A stretch of DNA of 64,000 nt, from positions 1,003,933 through 1,067,932 of the forward strand of contig ML996692.1 of NCBI GenBank assembly GCA_010356995.1. Direction: 5' to 3'. Positions within the stretch are counted from its first letter, which is position 1, and each line of letters opens with the position of its first letter. The position numbers and the translations under genes were made by a program. Below, in pieces: positions 34,771 through 46,435 of the stretch. The notes beneath the pieces are model-generated. The model saw nothing but the letters and a program-made list of their open reading frames with translations. It was not told the origin of the DNA and ran no database searches. This DNA comes from Trichodelitschia bisporula (Eukaryota).

Positions 34771-37700
34771 CTATTCGAGTAGCTTATTCAATCGGCGAAT
34801 TTCCGTCCAGCGGCTCTGGCTGCCCATCTCTAACAAGCTCATGCGCCGCATCTTTCCACTTGGATTCCCAACAACAACAGGCTTCCACTCTGGATCCTGC
34901 ATCTGCTCAGTCCATTCATTCGTATTGACGCGCGTTCCCAGAGAATGGTCGGGGAGTACACGAATACTGCGGAACCGCCATAGCGAGAGGGTCAAGAGTA
35001 CGGTTAGGATGGCGAGGATGATCGCAACCACCCCGGTGCTCAGTCGGGCACCCAAGTTGCGCGTCAAGGAACCTCCCCCTTCAGTGGCACAAGCGGCGAA
35101 GACGAATCCAAGAGATTGCATCATGAACACGCCAGCAGCGACGCGCGGAAAGGACGAATAATTAGTGCGCCGGCGTCGAACATCTTCAGCAAGACTTTGA
35201 AGCCGATGGCGCGAGTTGACCCCTGGTTGCAGGTCTGACGTGTCGAATGTCTCCATGACGAGTCCCATACATTCAGCGATGGCAAGGTTGGAAAGGAAGC
35301 CTACAGTCCCAGCAAAAAGAATCGGCGCCATGAAGTGCACCGACACTCCGGGACTGGTGACGGTGTATGCCGCGCCGGCGAGTGGTAGCAGGGTCATGAA
35401 GATGAGGCGGCGAGCTAAGTGCGAGGACCAAGAAATCTCACGATCGAACGTCATGCTGTCGGTACGCGGCCCCTGCTTACGATCTCGACTGAGAAGACTG
35501 GCCTTCGACAGTGGTACCGCTAGGAGAGCGCCAACGCTGATCGAAAAGACACCTAAGCCTACGAATTTGGGTTGGAGCCGGTAACTGCGAGAAAGGAGCG
35601 CACCCAAAAGCTAAAAGATCAGGAGAACCCCACATTTTTTTGGAAGACTGACGACTCACGATGATGACTAACACAACCATTGCATAGATCCATGCAACGT
35701 ACACAGCCAGAATGACGAAGCCCTGCTGGCGAAGCATTCGCTGGTTGAGCACTAACCCGGCCCAAACTTCTTGCAGCCAGTTTCGCGGCGACACCCCCGT
35801 CACATGAAGTTTAGCCTCCCCCCAGATCGTCGTCTCCAGAAGCTTCTCCTCGCTGTCGATATTCAGACGTACGGTGCGTCGGTGTGCCGAACGGCGAGTT
35901 TCCGGCATGATAACATTGATCACGATAACGCAGGAGATCACGATGATGGTAACGTAAAATCCCCAGGCAGGATTCAACGGCCCGATAATCGCCGCTCCGC
36001 AAAAAAATCCGACACCGATGGAGCCGATGAAGCACCATGTCCAGATTCCAAGCCATACGCCCATACCGCCACCGTCCCGCCGAATGTCATTGTATACCAC
36101 GATTTCTTGGTGCGGGCGGCTGCTCTGCAGAGAGGCGCCGAAGAGGTCTAAAAGGACAGTGAAGCAGTTGACGTTGGCGAATCCGAGCACAAGACCAGTG
36201 CAGAATCGGCAGATGACGACACTCAGGTGAAAGAACCGCAGTTTCGGCGTCCGGAACAAGCTCACGATGACAGCCTGCGGAAATTGTAACGGGAGTATAA
36301 TCGCTAGCGCACCAAGAATGTAAGGCTTTCGTCCGTGGAGCAGAGGCAACGGCCACGTAAGGAACGTAGTAATTGCGAGTCCGAAGTACAACCTGACGAA
36401 ATTAGCCTAGCGCAGAGTATGATGGGCAAAGTCTAGACGCACAGGACATTCCCCCGGATGACCTCGTGCCGTTGGTCTGCCAGCTGGAACTGAATCCGAG
36501 GCACCATTCCCGCCTGCAGAACAGTAAGCACCAGTAGCGGCAGCAGAGCAACGATGCTAATCTCACGTAGATTCCAACCACGAATCCAATGATTCCCGTA
36601 TTGATGCACGCAACGGTCGCGACAATCCGCTTTCTGGGCGTACTCCATTTCCTCGCAATCGGGTGGCGTCTCGAATGGTGAAGATGCGGTGAGTGATCTC
36701 TCGAATCGGATTTAAAGTGGGCAATCCGTCTCAAGCGGTGATGACCTTTCTCGGGATCCACATGCTCCTCATACTGCGGGCTCGAAAACGGCAGAGGGCG
36801 CCGCGGCGTTTTCGTGCGTTCAGACTCCCAGCTCAGAGGCACAGGCGGAGCAGGCTCCTCAGCGATTCCCTCAACCAAAGTATTGTGACGGCGGGGAGCC
36901 CACGGCTCGGGAGCAGGATCTGTGGGCTGGTGAGAGGGTTTGCGGTGGCGGAGGGTAGACCCATCGGAAAGTGGAGCGGCTTGTGAGGGGATGTCGGTCG
37001 CGTCTGGATACTTTGTGCTCGGTTTCCGTCCCATCCAATGCTCTTCTTGAGGCTGACCGAAATCTCTCACCACCGGCTCAGGATTTTGCGGCCTCGAAAG
37101 CTTACGTGCAGGCGTCGGTGGACGTATTGAGGTCCTGCGGTCAGGCGTCGGCGGATGTACCGAAACCCTGCGATCAGGCGCATACTCCTCAGACGACGCC
37201 GAAGAATATAACTCATCGCTGGACAGCGACGAGGAAGTAACATCCTGAAACCGTTCAGCGTCTTGAAACGGATGATTCCCGCTCTCTTCGCTCTCCACCC
37301 TCAACAACATCCTCGGCCTCGGCGCCAGTGGCTCAGGTTTAACTACCGAAGCCCTGCGCATGGCATCGCGGGCGAGATCCATATTATGCTCCGCGGCACG
37401 CGGGCCCAAACGCTCTGCCTCGTGAACGAGCTTGTTTGCTTCCTCGATCAGGTCTTCGAACCGGTTGATTGCATCTGTCATGGGGTGGGCGGTGCTGCCG
37501 CGACGGAAGGGGTCCGGGACTGGCGTGGCGAGGGTGTGTGGAGATACAGAGCGGATGGTGTCTGGTGGGGGCGTGAGGGAGTGCTTGGGATGATCGGGGG
37601 CGTCGCTCGTGCCTTCGAGAGTGGGGAACGAGCGGTGGGTTCGCAGGGGCTTCGGGTTTGGAGAAGTGCTCGTGGGCGTGAGCGTGGACGAAACGCTGAC

Positions 37701-38087
37701 AGTGGAGAGACTCGCGGCGCGAGAGTGGTGACGGGCTGGCGGGGTGTGGATTTGAGGTAAGTGACGGGGTGCTTCTGACGTGGTAACTAATCTTTCAGGG
37801 CCGGCAGCTCTTTCATAATGTCGAGGGACTGAAGGAGGACAGCGTTCTGGGGGAGGAAGGGTTGCTAGGTTGGCCGCATTGTCGGTCTTTTCATGGTACG
37901 GGGCGTCAGGAGGAGGGCGGCCTGGCGACTGTGGGTCTTGCGACGACTGTATGAAGGAGCCGGGAACCTTGGGAGATGCCGATGTAGGGGCGGCACCCAG
38001 CCTGGATACGGGCTTCCCGCTGAGCCATGGCAGACGGGACTTGGTAGGATATTGCGTAAATGTGCCTTTGACAGGCTCGGCGCTCAT
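34771..38087 (-). CDS. MFS transporter (DHA1/polyamine-transporter-like) with a roughly 480-aa disordered N-terminus. Introns 36566-36514, 36442-36393, 35659-35611
   Basis: PIARKWSTPRKRIVATVACINT..GIY|AGMVPRIQ..GNV|LLYFGLA..LPLLHGRKPY..DLFGASLQS..GGGMGVWLGIW..PETRRS..II|LLGALLSR..ETFDTSDLQPG..RWTEIRRLN; multiple TM segments. Confidence 0.88.
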
Positions 38088-38486
38088 TCTCGCCCTGTAC
38101 CGATGGGATGGTGGGCGAGGATGGGGGAGGGGAGATGATCTTAGGTGGGTTCGAGAGTTGCGTCAACAATAGGGTGGACAGGGAAGGCGTTTACGATTCA
38201 GCTGGATAGAGGCGAAAGAGAGGAACTGCGAATGGTGATAGGGCGTAGGAATGTGTGCTCAATCCGGGATTGGTATATGAAATGAGGGGTTGGGCCGAGA
38301 TGGATGGGGGAGGGAAGTGGATAGCGAGGCGGTTTGAGTGATAGCAAGGCGTGAAGTTGATAGAGTCTCGAAGTGTTGACCAGCAGGCTCAGGAGAGGAG
38401 AGAGCACTGGGCAGTTCCTCCCATGTTGAGACAACACTGGAGAGCAACTGACTTAAACCTACAGCGACGTTTATTAGGCCGAGCGA

Positions 38487-38514
38487 AGCGGAGCAAAGCG
38501 GAGCAAAGCGGAGC
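38487..38514 (+). repeat. 10-bp tandem repeat (GCGGAGCAAA), about 3 copies, just downstream of the NIT3-like gene
   Basis: AGCGGAGCAAAGCGGAGCAAAGCGGAGC read directly. Confidence 0.8.
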
Positions 38515-38581
38515 TTGATGGAACGGACACAGCTGTATATACTGGACTATGTACATACCTCGAGCCGAATCCGCGCTTTTC

Positions 38582-39499
38582 TCACGACAGAGAGGGATCC
38601 GGATTCCCAATCTCTGCCTTGACCTCCTCACTAACATCGGGATAGACATCAAACCGACGTTGAGTGTAAATCGGAATGCCCTTCCTCGTCTCCTCGATCT
38701 TCTCCCCCGTCAGCTCTGCCGTGAGAATGCCCTCCTTCTCATCCAACTGCCCCAACACCGCCGCATTAGGATCCACAATCAAGCTATGTCCCCACGCATG
38801 ATAATCCGCCCCGGTATCCCGCGCCGGACTGCACAAGCCCACATAGACCTGATTATCCACCGCGCGAGCTCGCGCGAGCAACTCCCAATGCAGCGTACCC
38901 GTGGTCATATTAAACGCGCCAGGATAAAGCAGCAAAAACGCCCCCTTGCGCGCCGCAATCGTCGCAAGCTCAGGGAATCGCACATCGTAGCAAATGGCAA
39001 CCGCAATCTTCCCATACTCCGGTAAATCGATCATAGTGACCTTGTCCCCGGGGGACAACACCTCGCTCTCCTTGAACCGAATCTTGCCGGGGATATCAAT
39101 GTCGAAAAGATGCACCTTGCGATGCGTCGCAAGCAGCGTCCCATCCGGCCCAAATGTTAAGCTCGTATTAAACAGTTTCTCGCTCTTGGGCTCGAATTCC
39201 GGAATGCTCCCGCCGACGAGGTACACCTTCGCCTCGGCGGCGATGCGGGAGAGCGCGTGGAAGGTGGGGGATGCGGCTTCGGAGGGTGGGGAGGGGAGCA
39301 GTGTTTCCGCGTACTTGGGAAAGTAGGGCGTGCCGTACGGGGAGTTGAAGCATTCTGGGAGCACGACGATGCGCGCGCCGTGCTCGCGGGCTGCGGAGAG
39401 GACTTGTCGGCGGGCGGCGGCGAGGTTGTGTGTTTTATCGGCTGTGCAGGCGAGCTGGACAAGGGCGAGCTTGACGGGTTGCTTGAGGAGTTTGGCCAT
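38582..39499 (-). CDS. NIT3: Carbon-nitrogen hydrolase, omega-amidase (yeast Nit3 / mammalian NIT2 type), intronless
   Basis: Catalytic triad VLPECFNSPYG / HRKVHLFDIDIPG / ICYDVRFPE; YPGAFN.TTG.LHW, ARAVDNQ, AWGHS, IPIYTQRRFDVY. Confidence 0.93.
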   Translation of the reverse strand: MAKLLKQPVKLALVQLACTADKTHNLAAARRQVLSAAREHGARIVVLPECFNSPYGTPYFPKYAETLLPSPPSEAASPTFHALSRIAAEAKVYLVGGSIPEFEPKSEKLFNTSLTFGPDGTLLATHRKVHLFDIDIPGKIRFKESEVLSPGDKVTMIDLPEYGKIAVAICYDVRFPELATIAARKGAFLLLYPGAFNMTTGTLHWELLARARAVDNQVYVGLCSPARDTGADYHAWGHSLIVDPNAAVLGQLDEKEGILTAELTGEKIEETRKGIPIYTQRRFDVYPDVSEEVKAEIGNPDPSLS

Positions 39500-40423
39500 G
39501 GCGAAGGGGTTAATGGACGTCACAGAAGCTTTAGAGAGGGGTGATTGAGGGGTTTGATGGGAAGTTTAATGAGTGGTCGTTGGCATAGAGTAGTGAGCTG
39601 ACGTTGAGGCGTTTGCGGACACTTCCCTGTTTGGGGCTAGGATATCCCCGTTTATCTCCGCTATCAAGTGGATGGAGGAGACATCACTTCAACTGCTTGC
39701 AACGCTGAGAGATGGGCCTCGCCTATTGTGTCTTCTAATAAGAGTATGGGTCTTCGATTTTGAATTCGGACAAGAGCAAGTCATCACAGATGAACAATGA
39801 TGCTGAGTTCCGGCAACCGGGACAGAGCAGTGGCAAATTAGGCACCCGGCCGAGTACAACTTCGTCATCACTGCTCTGCCGAGTGCTACATACTACTTAT
39901 GCCATCAATCGGCTGGAGATTTAATGAGCAAGGGGCTTCGTCTCCCCCGTACTTGTGATATAAGCTCAGCGAGTTCATCGATATCGATTCGTCAAGCTTT
40001 CCCCCTCGATATGGCCTGAGTGTCGGCGAGTAATCACATAGCACCAGATATACATCCGTGGAGACATAGTTAACTACGTACTCGATATACGAATGAATGC
40101 CTTGAGCGCCGTCTACACACTGTCCCGCAGGACTTCTTACCCGGGAGTCAGAGACTCGTCCAGTCTTCCCTACAGTGCTTCGTCTCGAGCCGCTCAGGCT
40201 TTCCCGCATCTTTAGAGAACAATAGCCTGAATAGCAACCTGATTCCAAGCCGTTGTTGTTGACTCTGGCATTCATTCGCCAGCCAAGCTCCATAGGCACA
40301 GCGGACCTGAGACGTAGACACGACCGTCAATGGCATCAACCCGTGATGGACAATGGCACATGGACAATGACACATTTTTTCAGGCTTCAAGGTAGATAAA
40401 TAGTTGTAAATATACTCAACGAA

Positions 40424-40500
40424 ATCCTACTCCTTATCCTCATCCTCATCCTCATCCTCGATCCCATCCTCTCCTTCACCCTCACCCTCGTCCTCGTCCC
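40424..40500 (+). repeat. Degenerate (CATCCT)n hexamer microsatellite
   Basis: ATCCTACTCCTTATCCTCATCCTCATCCTCATCCTCGATCCCATCCT...CACCCTCACCCTCGTCCTCGTCCC. Confidence 0.75.
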
Positions 40501-41816
40501 CATCTCTGATCCACATCCTCGACCCTCACGATCGAGCCTCAACACCATCCCCGAGCCAATATCACTATCCCCGAAAATCTGCAGCTCCAGCTTCGACATC
40601 ATGACATCTACTCCTACGCTCTCGAACTCTTATATCTGCAAAACGTCACCGGGCAACTGCTGCCGCCGCAGCTGCAGTGGATGGCCCAATGGCTACCTAA
40701 AAAAGTAATGTCGCATCCCATCCTCAACTTTTGCAGAGGGGGAGCGTCATTACTTTTCCGACTAGCCTCACCCTCGCACTCTCGTCGTGATATCGACTGA
40801 TCACCATCAGCTTCAGTCTCCGTATCAATTTCCTACAGATATCTGTTCTCTACCGGGTACTATTGTCAATTTCCCCCATCTTCTAACATCAAATCCTCAT
40901 TCACTTAACCTTTCACCCCCAGGATCCTCTCTCGATCCGTTATCTTTATTCCAACCCGAACCATCAGTCTCCACCGGCTCTCATCATCCCCTCAACATCA
41001 CATTCACATTCCACACAGCATATTTCTCTGACGATTACATTAGACTACGATTACATCGAATCATCCGGCGCTCATATCCGCCTTTCACGTAATCATCAAA
41101 GAAGTCTCGCATCAGCAGAATCCATCATCCCAGCATGTCGACCAGCCTCTCCTCGCATAACTTCACCGAACACGAACGTCGAAAACGCTCCCGTCGGAAA
41201 AGTCCGGAAACAGGACAGTCGGGTTACCGCAAATCAAGATCGTCGAAAGCCTTGCTGTCGTCATAATCTCGCTTTCTCGAATGCTGCTATCGTCGTCTTT
41301 TCAGCGCATCGTCGAATTTCCACACCGTTTGGAAACATATCGTGCCCACTTCGCCACACACTACACTCCGAACTCCCGATAATGCGATCCAGTCCGCGCC
41401 GTAAAGCAAAGAATGCAATCGAACCCGAGACCTCCGCACCATATCAAACCCACCAGATCACGCAATGCACCCGAACCCCGCGAAAAAACACACCTAGGAA
41501 ATCCGCCACCGCCGCACATGTCCCGCCAGACCGCCGCCCGCACGTACATCCAGCAATTAAAGGACCGAATATCCATCACCCTCAACAATCAACCACATCA
41601 AAGAACACACCCCATGAAGATCCGTCACCCGTCAGGATCTCAAAATAAATCGTAGTGAGAAGAAAAGCACTCTGGGGAAGGGGGAAGATTATGTTACAAA
41701 GAGTTGACAGATGCCCAGGTCAAACATATCAGCCACTGGACATCATCACACACAGATGCGGGCGATGCTGCGCTCGAAAACGTCAATAAACCCGCACCAT
41801 ACACCTGATGCACCAC

Positions 41817-44800
41817 CTAAAGCACGCCATAGGCGTGCAAGGTGAGCACAGATACAAGCGTAGCCAGGCACAGCAGACACATGCCGGCAAACAACCAGAG
41901 AGCAACGCACTTCTGACGCCGCCCGAACCGATCGACCTTGTACTTTGTCAGATACCCAATAAGAGGATCAAACCCATCACAAGCGAAGATGATGTAAAAG
42001 GGTGGAAAGAGGGCAAGAACACCCACAGCGATCCAGCTGAGCTTGTTTTGCAGCTTCATCGCTTCCGTCTGCTTCACCGCATTCGGGGTGAGCAAAGTGG
42101 ACATCCGCTTGTCCGCATTGCCGTTGTTCCCGCCGGGGCGGATGAACGGCGTAGTCGTACTCGTCGGGAACTCAGTCAGCGCGTTTTCCTCGTCATGCAC
42201 GGACTGGCGCGTCGACCGGCCACCGGGAGGCTGCAGCTTCGCACATGTGGCGTCGTTGTTCGGGTCGTGGGGACTCTCCGGGCCGTGGCCTTGGATCCAG
42301 AGGGGCTGCAGACTGGTCTGGCGAATGACGGAGCGACGCGAACCCTTGGACGACGACGAGGGGACACGCGACTTGCCGCCGCGCAGCCCGCGCATGTCCT
42401 GCAGCTCAATGCCGCCGGCACTGCTGCTGGTTCCGACCGACGGAGTCATGACGCGAGCACCGCGAGGCAGCGGGACGATCGTGGCGCCCAGTTTCGCGCC
42501 CAGGCTCGCGGCGGGGTGGTTGTACATACCCACCTTCGTGCTATTGCTCGAAGTAGGATGGTTGTACATCCCCACCTTCGTCGTGCTGTTGCTCGCGGCA
42601 GGATGATGGTACATCCCCACCTTCGTCGTGCTAAAGTTCGCAGCAGGGTGGTTGTACATCATACCCAGCTTCTGGCCCTGCTCGTACGCCGGGCTAGACG
42701 GCAGGTTCGCATTCTCCATCGTCACAAGCGGAGAACCCTTGGGAGGCTTAGCCGCCGAGCTCAGATTCGCAAGGCTGCTGCCGGCCAGCTTCATCCCCGT
42801 GCCGCCTGGGCTGCCAGTCAGGTTGGCGTGACGACCCAGCTTCGTCATGTTGTCCATGGAGTATTCGCCTTGGAGCTGCTGGGGGGCGATGGGCTGGCTC
42901 GGGCCGGACCCGTACTCGATGCCGTCGTGGGGCTCTGGGCTCAGCTCGTTGTTCGGAATGCCGTGGATCACCGGAGCCGTCATGGGAGTGCTGTGGGAAT
43001 GACCCTGATTGCTGACTTCGGATGGGCGGCCAGCCTCGAGATCGTACATCGCATCATCCGGGTGCTCGTTCGCGTTGTTGCCGCGGTTTTGGAACGCAGG
43101 GATATCGCTGACGTTACCTCCATGGTGTATTCCACCGAAGGGATCCTGGTGCACGATATTGCCCTGCTCAGTGACCCAGCTCTTGAAGCCATTGTTGCTG
43201 TAAAGCACTTTGGCTTGATAGGGGACATCTTCGGCATCAGAGCCGGAGACGATCTGTGCTTGGCGATCAACATTGCCAGCTTGCAGGACAGTCTCATCAT
43301 GATCAACTTGGATGCCACGACCTTCGATAAACGCACTATCACCCTGCTCATGCTTGTTGGCTTGTTCAACCTCGCTGTTGCCTTCGGAGAACTCCCAGAC
43401 ATCGTCCGGACTGATCCGTCCAGGGACCTTGGGAGCGTAGACAATAGGGGTTGAGAACCGCTGGAGACTGAGAAACGGATTATTGCTCCTACTGCTTGAA
43501 CCAGAGTTGCGAGACCCAGCTTTGTTCGTGAATATCGCTGGGCTCTGCTCGGCAGGGCCTCTGTACCGCTGAGCATAAGACGAGCTCATGATAGGCGACA
43601 AGGCCTGAGTGGCCATCCGATCGCTCGAATTGCGGTTGATCAGACGTTGAAGACCACCGTAGCTAGTGTAGTCCGCCATGGAAGACTCTCTGTTGGATGC
43701 TGGAGACGGTTCAACAGTCTCCCAGCCATCGCTGACCCCAGACGCCCGCTTGTCGTTAGTGCGAAGCGAATATGTGCGCTTCCACATGGGAGGAATCGTC
43801 GCATCGACCGGATGCTGGATTCGAGAGTTGCTGGACTCTTGGCTGGGACCACCAGTGATGTTGGACATCCCACTGTACCGGTTCTCGTCCTTGTTTCTCT
43901 TACCCGACCGACCAACCTCAACCGAGCGATCCTGCTCCGCTGGGGAAGGCAGATTCGGCACCGACTGAAAGTTTTGGTACTTGTTATTCCTAAACGGCGA
44001 ATCACGGTCAACCTGAGAAGGCGAGTTTTCGGTACCGGAGCCCGAGGGAGTCGAGTCAGCCTGCGCCAGTCGATTGGCTTGCATCCGGAGGAAGGCGCGT
44101 TGAGTGGGCGTGAACTCCGGAACGGACTGAAACCCAGGAATGTCACTCTTGTAGGTGATAGGCGACAACTTCGGAGCTGGGACAGGCGTCCAAGGAGGGC
44201 CCCCAGAAATATCATTACCGTTCTCGTCAAGCCCCAGCAGCTCGTTGGTGTCGGGCTCGCGGCTGAGTCGACTCTGATGGGACAGTCCGGGCAGCTCGGG
44301 GTTGAGCCTCAGCAGTTCGGCGGTATCTCCGTATGACTCCATGGAGAATGGGTTGGATGATTCCGCCTCGGGGCGCTGGCCCGCGGGACGGAAAACTGGG
44401 AACGGAGGCTTGACGTGGGTGTAAGGCACAGCCTCGTCGTCCTCGTCCTCCCACTCGTATGAATCATCTTCTGTGTCGTGAGCAACCCCCTTCCCTTTCT
44501 GACTATGGCTGTAGTAGACGCCTCCGTCGTCCGCATGATCATTGCCGGCATCAGCTTCATGCCCTTCAGTCACAAGACCCAGGCCACCGCTGCGGGAATG
44601 CGGAGCACCACCTGGCTGCCGCGCATGAATGGAGTGTTGCGAAGCACCTACTCGAAAGGAGTGGTTCGAGTCAGAGTATGTGGAACCCATCTGATCACCG
44701 TAACCTTGAATCAAATCGCTGACCAGGGATGAGTTGTGCTGATACGGATGCGGATTGTCAGCGCCAACAGCAGGCGCGTCATCCTCAGATGTATCGTTGC

Positions 44801-46435
44801 CCAAGTCCGGCGAATTTGCATACTCGTATTCGTACGAGTCGATGTCGAAGCCATACTGAGAGCCCGTGACCGAGTCATGATCCAGATACTCGTTGGGAAT
44901 GCTCGACAGGTCATCCTGTTGACCGCCATAGTAGTCGATAACATCAGTCTCCGGTGCTGGCTGCCACGACTGATTGTGCGCGTTTTCTGGTGCGCCACCT
45001 GAAGAATAGGCGGGCGGTTTGGCATTGTCGTTGGCTAGTTATGTGGGTCAGCTTCTGTATTTCAATATAGGCGACAAGCCAGTCATAAGAGGGCACAAAC
45101 ATTCCCCTAAGCCATAGTACGAGATGAGAAGCCTAGCCTCTTCCGGATTCAAGAACATCGAAGTGTCTGCCGGAGGTCTTTTACGAAAGCCTGTTCCACC
45201 GAAGGGCTTACCAGCCGCGCTGTCTTGAGCCGCATTCCGCATCGTTGCTGAGCCTGATCGCGTGGCCGGCTGCGCCTGTTTGACGTTTGAGTCTTGCGGC
45301 ACCGGAGTGTCTGAAGGCGAAATGGTCGGAGATTTTCCTAAAATCCCTCTCCTAGCTTCGGCGAGCGTGTCGTATGGCATTCGCTCCTGATCCTGCTCAC
45401 TGAGCAAGCGGGAAGACGCCGATGACTCCTGGGGGTCCGAATCGAGAGAAGTGTACACGTCTGACAGTCGCAACGAGTCGTGAGGGTTCACAATATTGAA
45501 CGTCGCGCCTTTGTAGTTCAAAACGGTGTTTGCTACTTCGTTCAGCGGAGACTTCTTGTGCTGTGGAATTTGAGGGGACCTCGGGATGTCGAGTCGCGGG
45601 GGATCCGGGAAGGGAAACTTTGACAGTGAGAAGGTGGATGTACTTGTGAATGGCTGAAAACGTTCAGCTTCGTCGCCTGGTACCAGCGAGTAAACCGGCG
45701 AGGTAAAACGTGGTCTTCTGTCGGCGGAGTCAGGGCGCGGGAGCTTCTTGATGGGATTGAAGCGAACGTCTGCTTTAACCGATGCTTCGGGAGATGCAAC
45801 TCCTTCATCACCAATTGGTAAGAGGCATGCACTACCGTGATTGCGGGAGAAGACTCACGAGAAGCGATTTGCGGCAAAACTTGCACGCCGCCCGCAAACA
45901 GCGAGCGGGTAGACGACGGGGAGGAATCTAGCGATTTTTGGGATCCGGTAGACGACGAATCTGAGTGTAGGTGCTCGAATTCGGGATAGATTCGCGATTG
46001 CGCGCGGCGATTTTCTGTGGGTTGAAGTGAGTGATCAAGCGAGTGAGGTGGTGATTCCGAAAGCAGGCGAAAAGAACGTTGGTTGTAAGGAGTCGGGGGA
46101 GGAGTAGAAGAAAAATCGATGTGGGTAGAGGAGTAGTCATGCCGCGCGGTGGACGACGGCTTGGAAAGCGGCCGCTTGGGGGTTGATATTCTGGTCTTGG
46201 CACTTTCCGGGCCGCTGTCTGTCTCGAGCTGATTCAAACGACCGGCCGCAGCTTTCCGCTTCACCGTCCTCTGTCCCGCCACGGCCTGCGGACTCGGCGC
46301 GGCTTGCTGCTGGCGGTACTCGTGGAGGCTCAACTGACCCGGTGTCCGGGGTCTAATCGAGCCGGAAGATGGATGCGGGGAATGTACAGGCGTGAGCGGC
46401 GTGAAGGGCCGGTGGGGAGCGATTTGATAAGCCAT
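41817..46435 (-). CDS. Very large (about 1,500 aa), mostly disordered fungal protein with two C-terminal TM segments. Introns 45858-45803 and approx. 45101-45035
   Basis: Splicing links MAYQIAP..LSLHEYRQQQ..VKRK..IAS|RVASPE..FSLSKFPFP..NYKGATFNIVNPHDSL..GE|SNDNAKP to the 995-aa ORF, which ends WIAVGVLALFPPFYIIFACDGFD..VALWLFAGMCLLCLATLVSV. Confidence 0.78.
42513..42671 (-). repeat. Coding tandem repeat, 4 copies of a 14-15 aa unit (KVGMYNHPAA....T)
   Basis: KLGMMYNHPAANFSTT KVGMYHHPAASNSTT KVGMYNHPTSSNST KVGMYNHPAAS; DNA GTACATCCCCACCTTCGT recurs at 42-45 nt spacing. Confidence 0.9.

Noticed and set aside
39886..40299. 137-aa minus-strand ORF in the gene-free interval
   Set aside because: No motif, codon bias or splice support.
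40701..40765. Helitron 3' end (hairpin followed by CTAG)
   Set aside because: The hairpin is too long and AT-rich, it is only 4 nt from CTAG, CTAG is followed by C rather than T, and there is no Rep/helicase remnant.
41408..41445. tRNA T-loop/B-box-like string on the minus strand (GGTCTCGGGTTCGATT)
   Set aside because: The 3' side cannot form a T-stem or acceptor stem, and no D-arm or anticodon arm is recognisable.
41808..43454. 548-aa + strand ORF
   Set aside because: Antisense shadow of the real minus-strand gene; Arg/Ala/Val-rich with no motifs, as expected from GC-rich codon bias.
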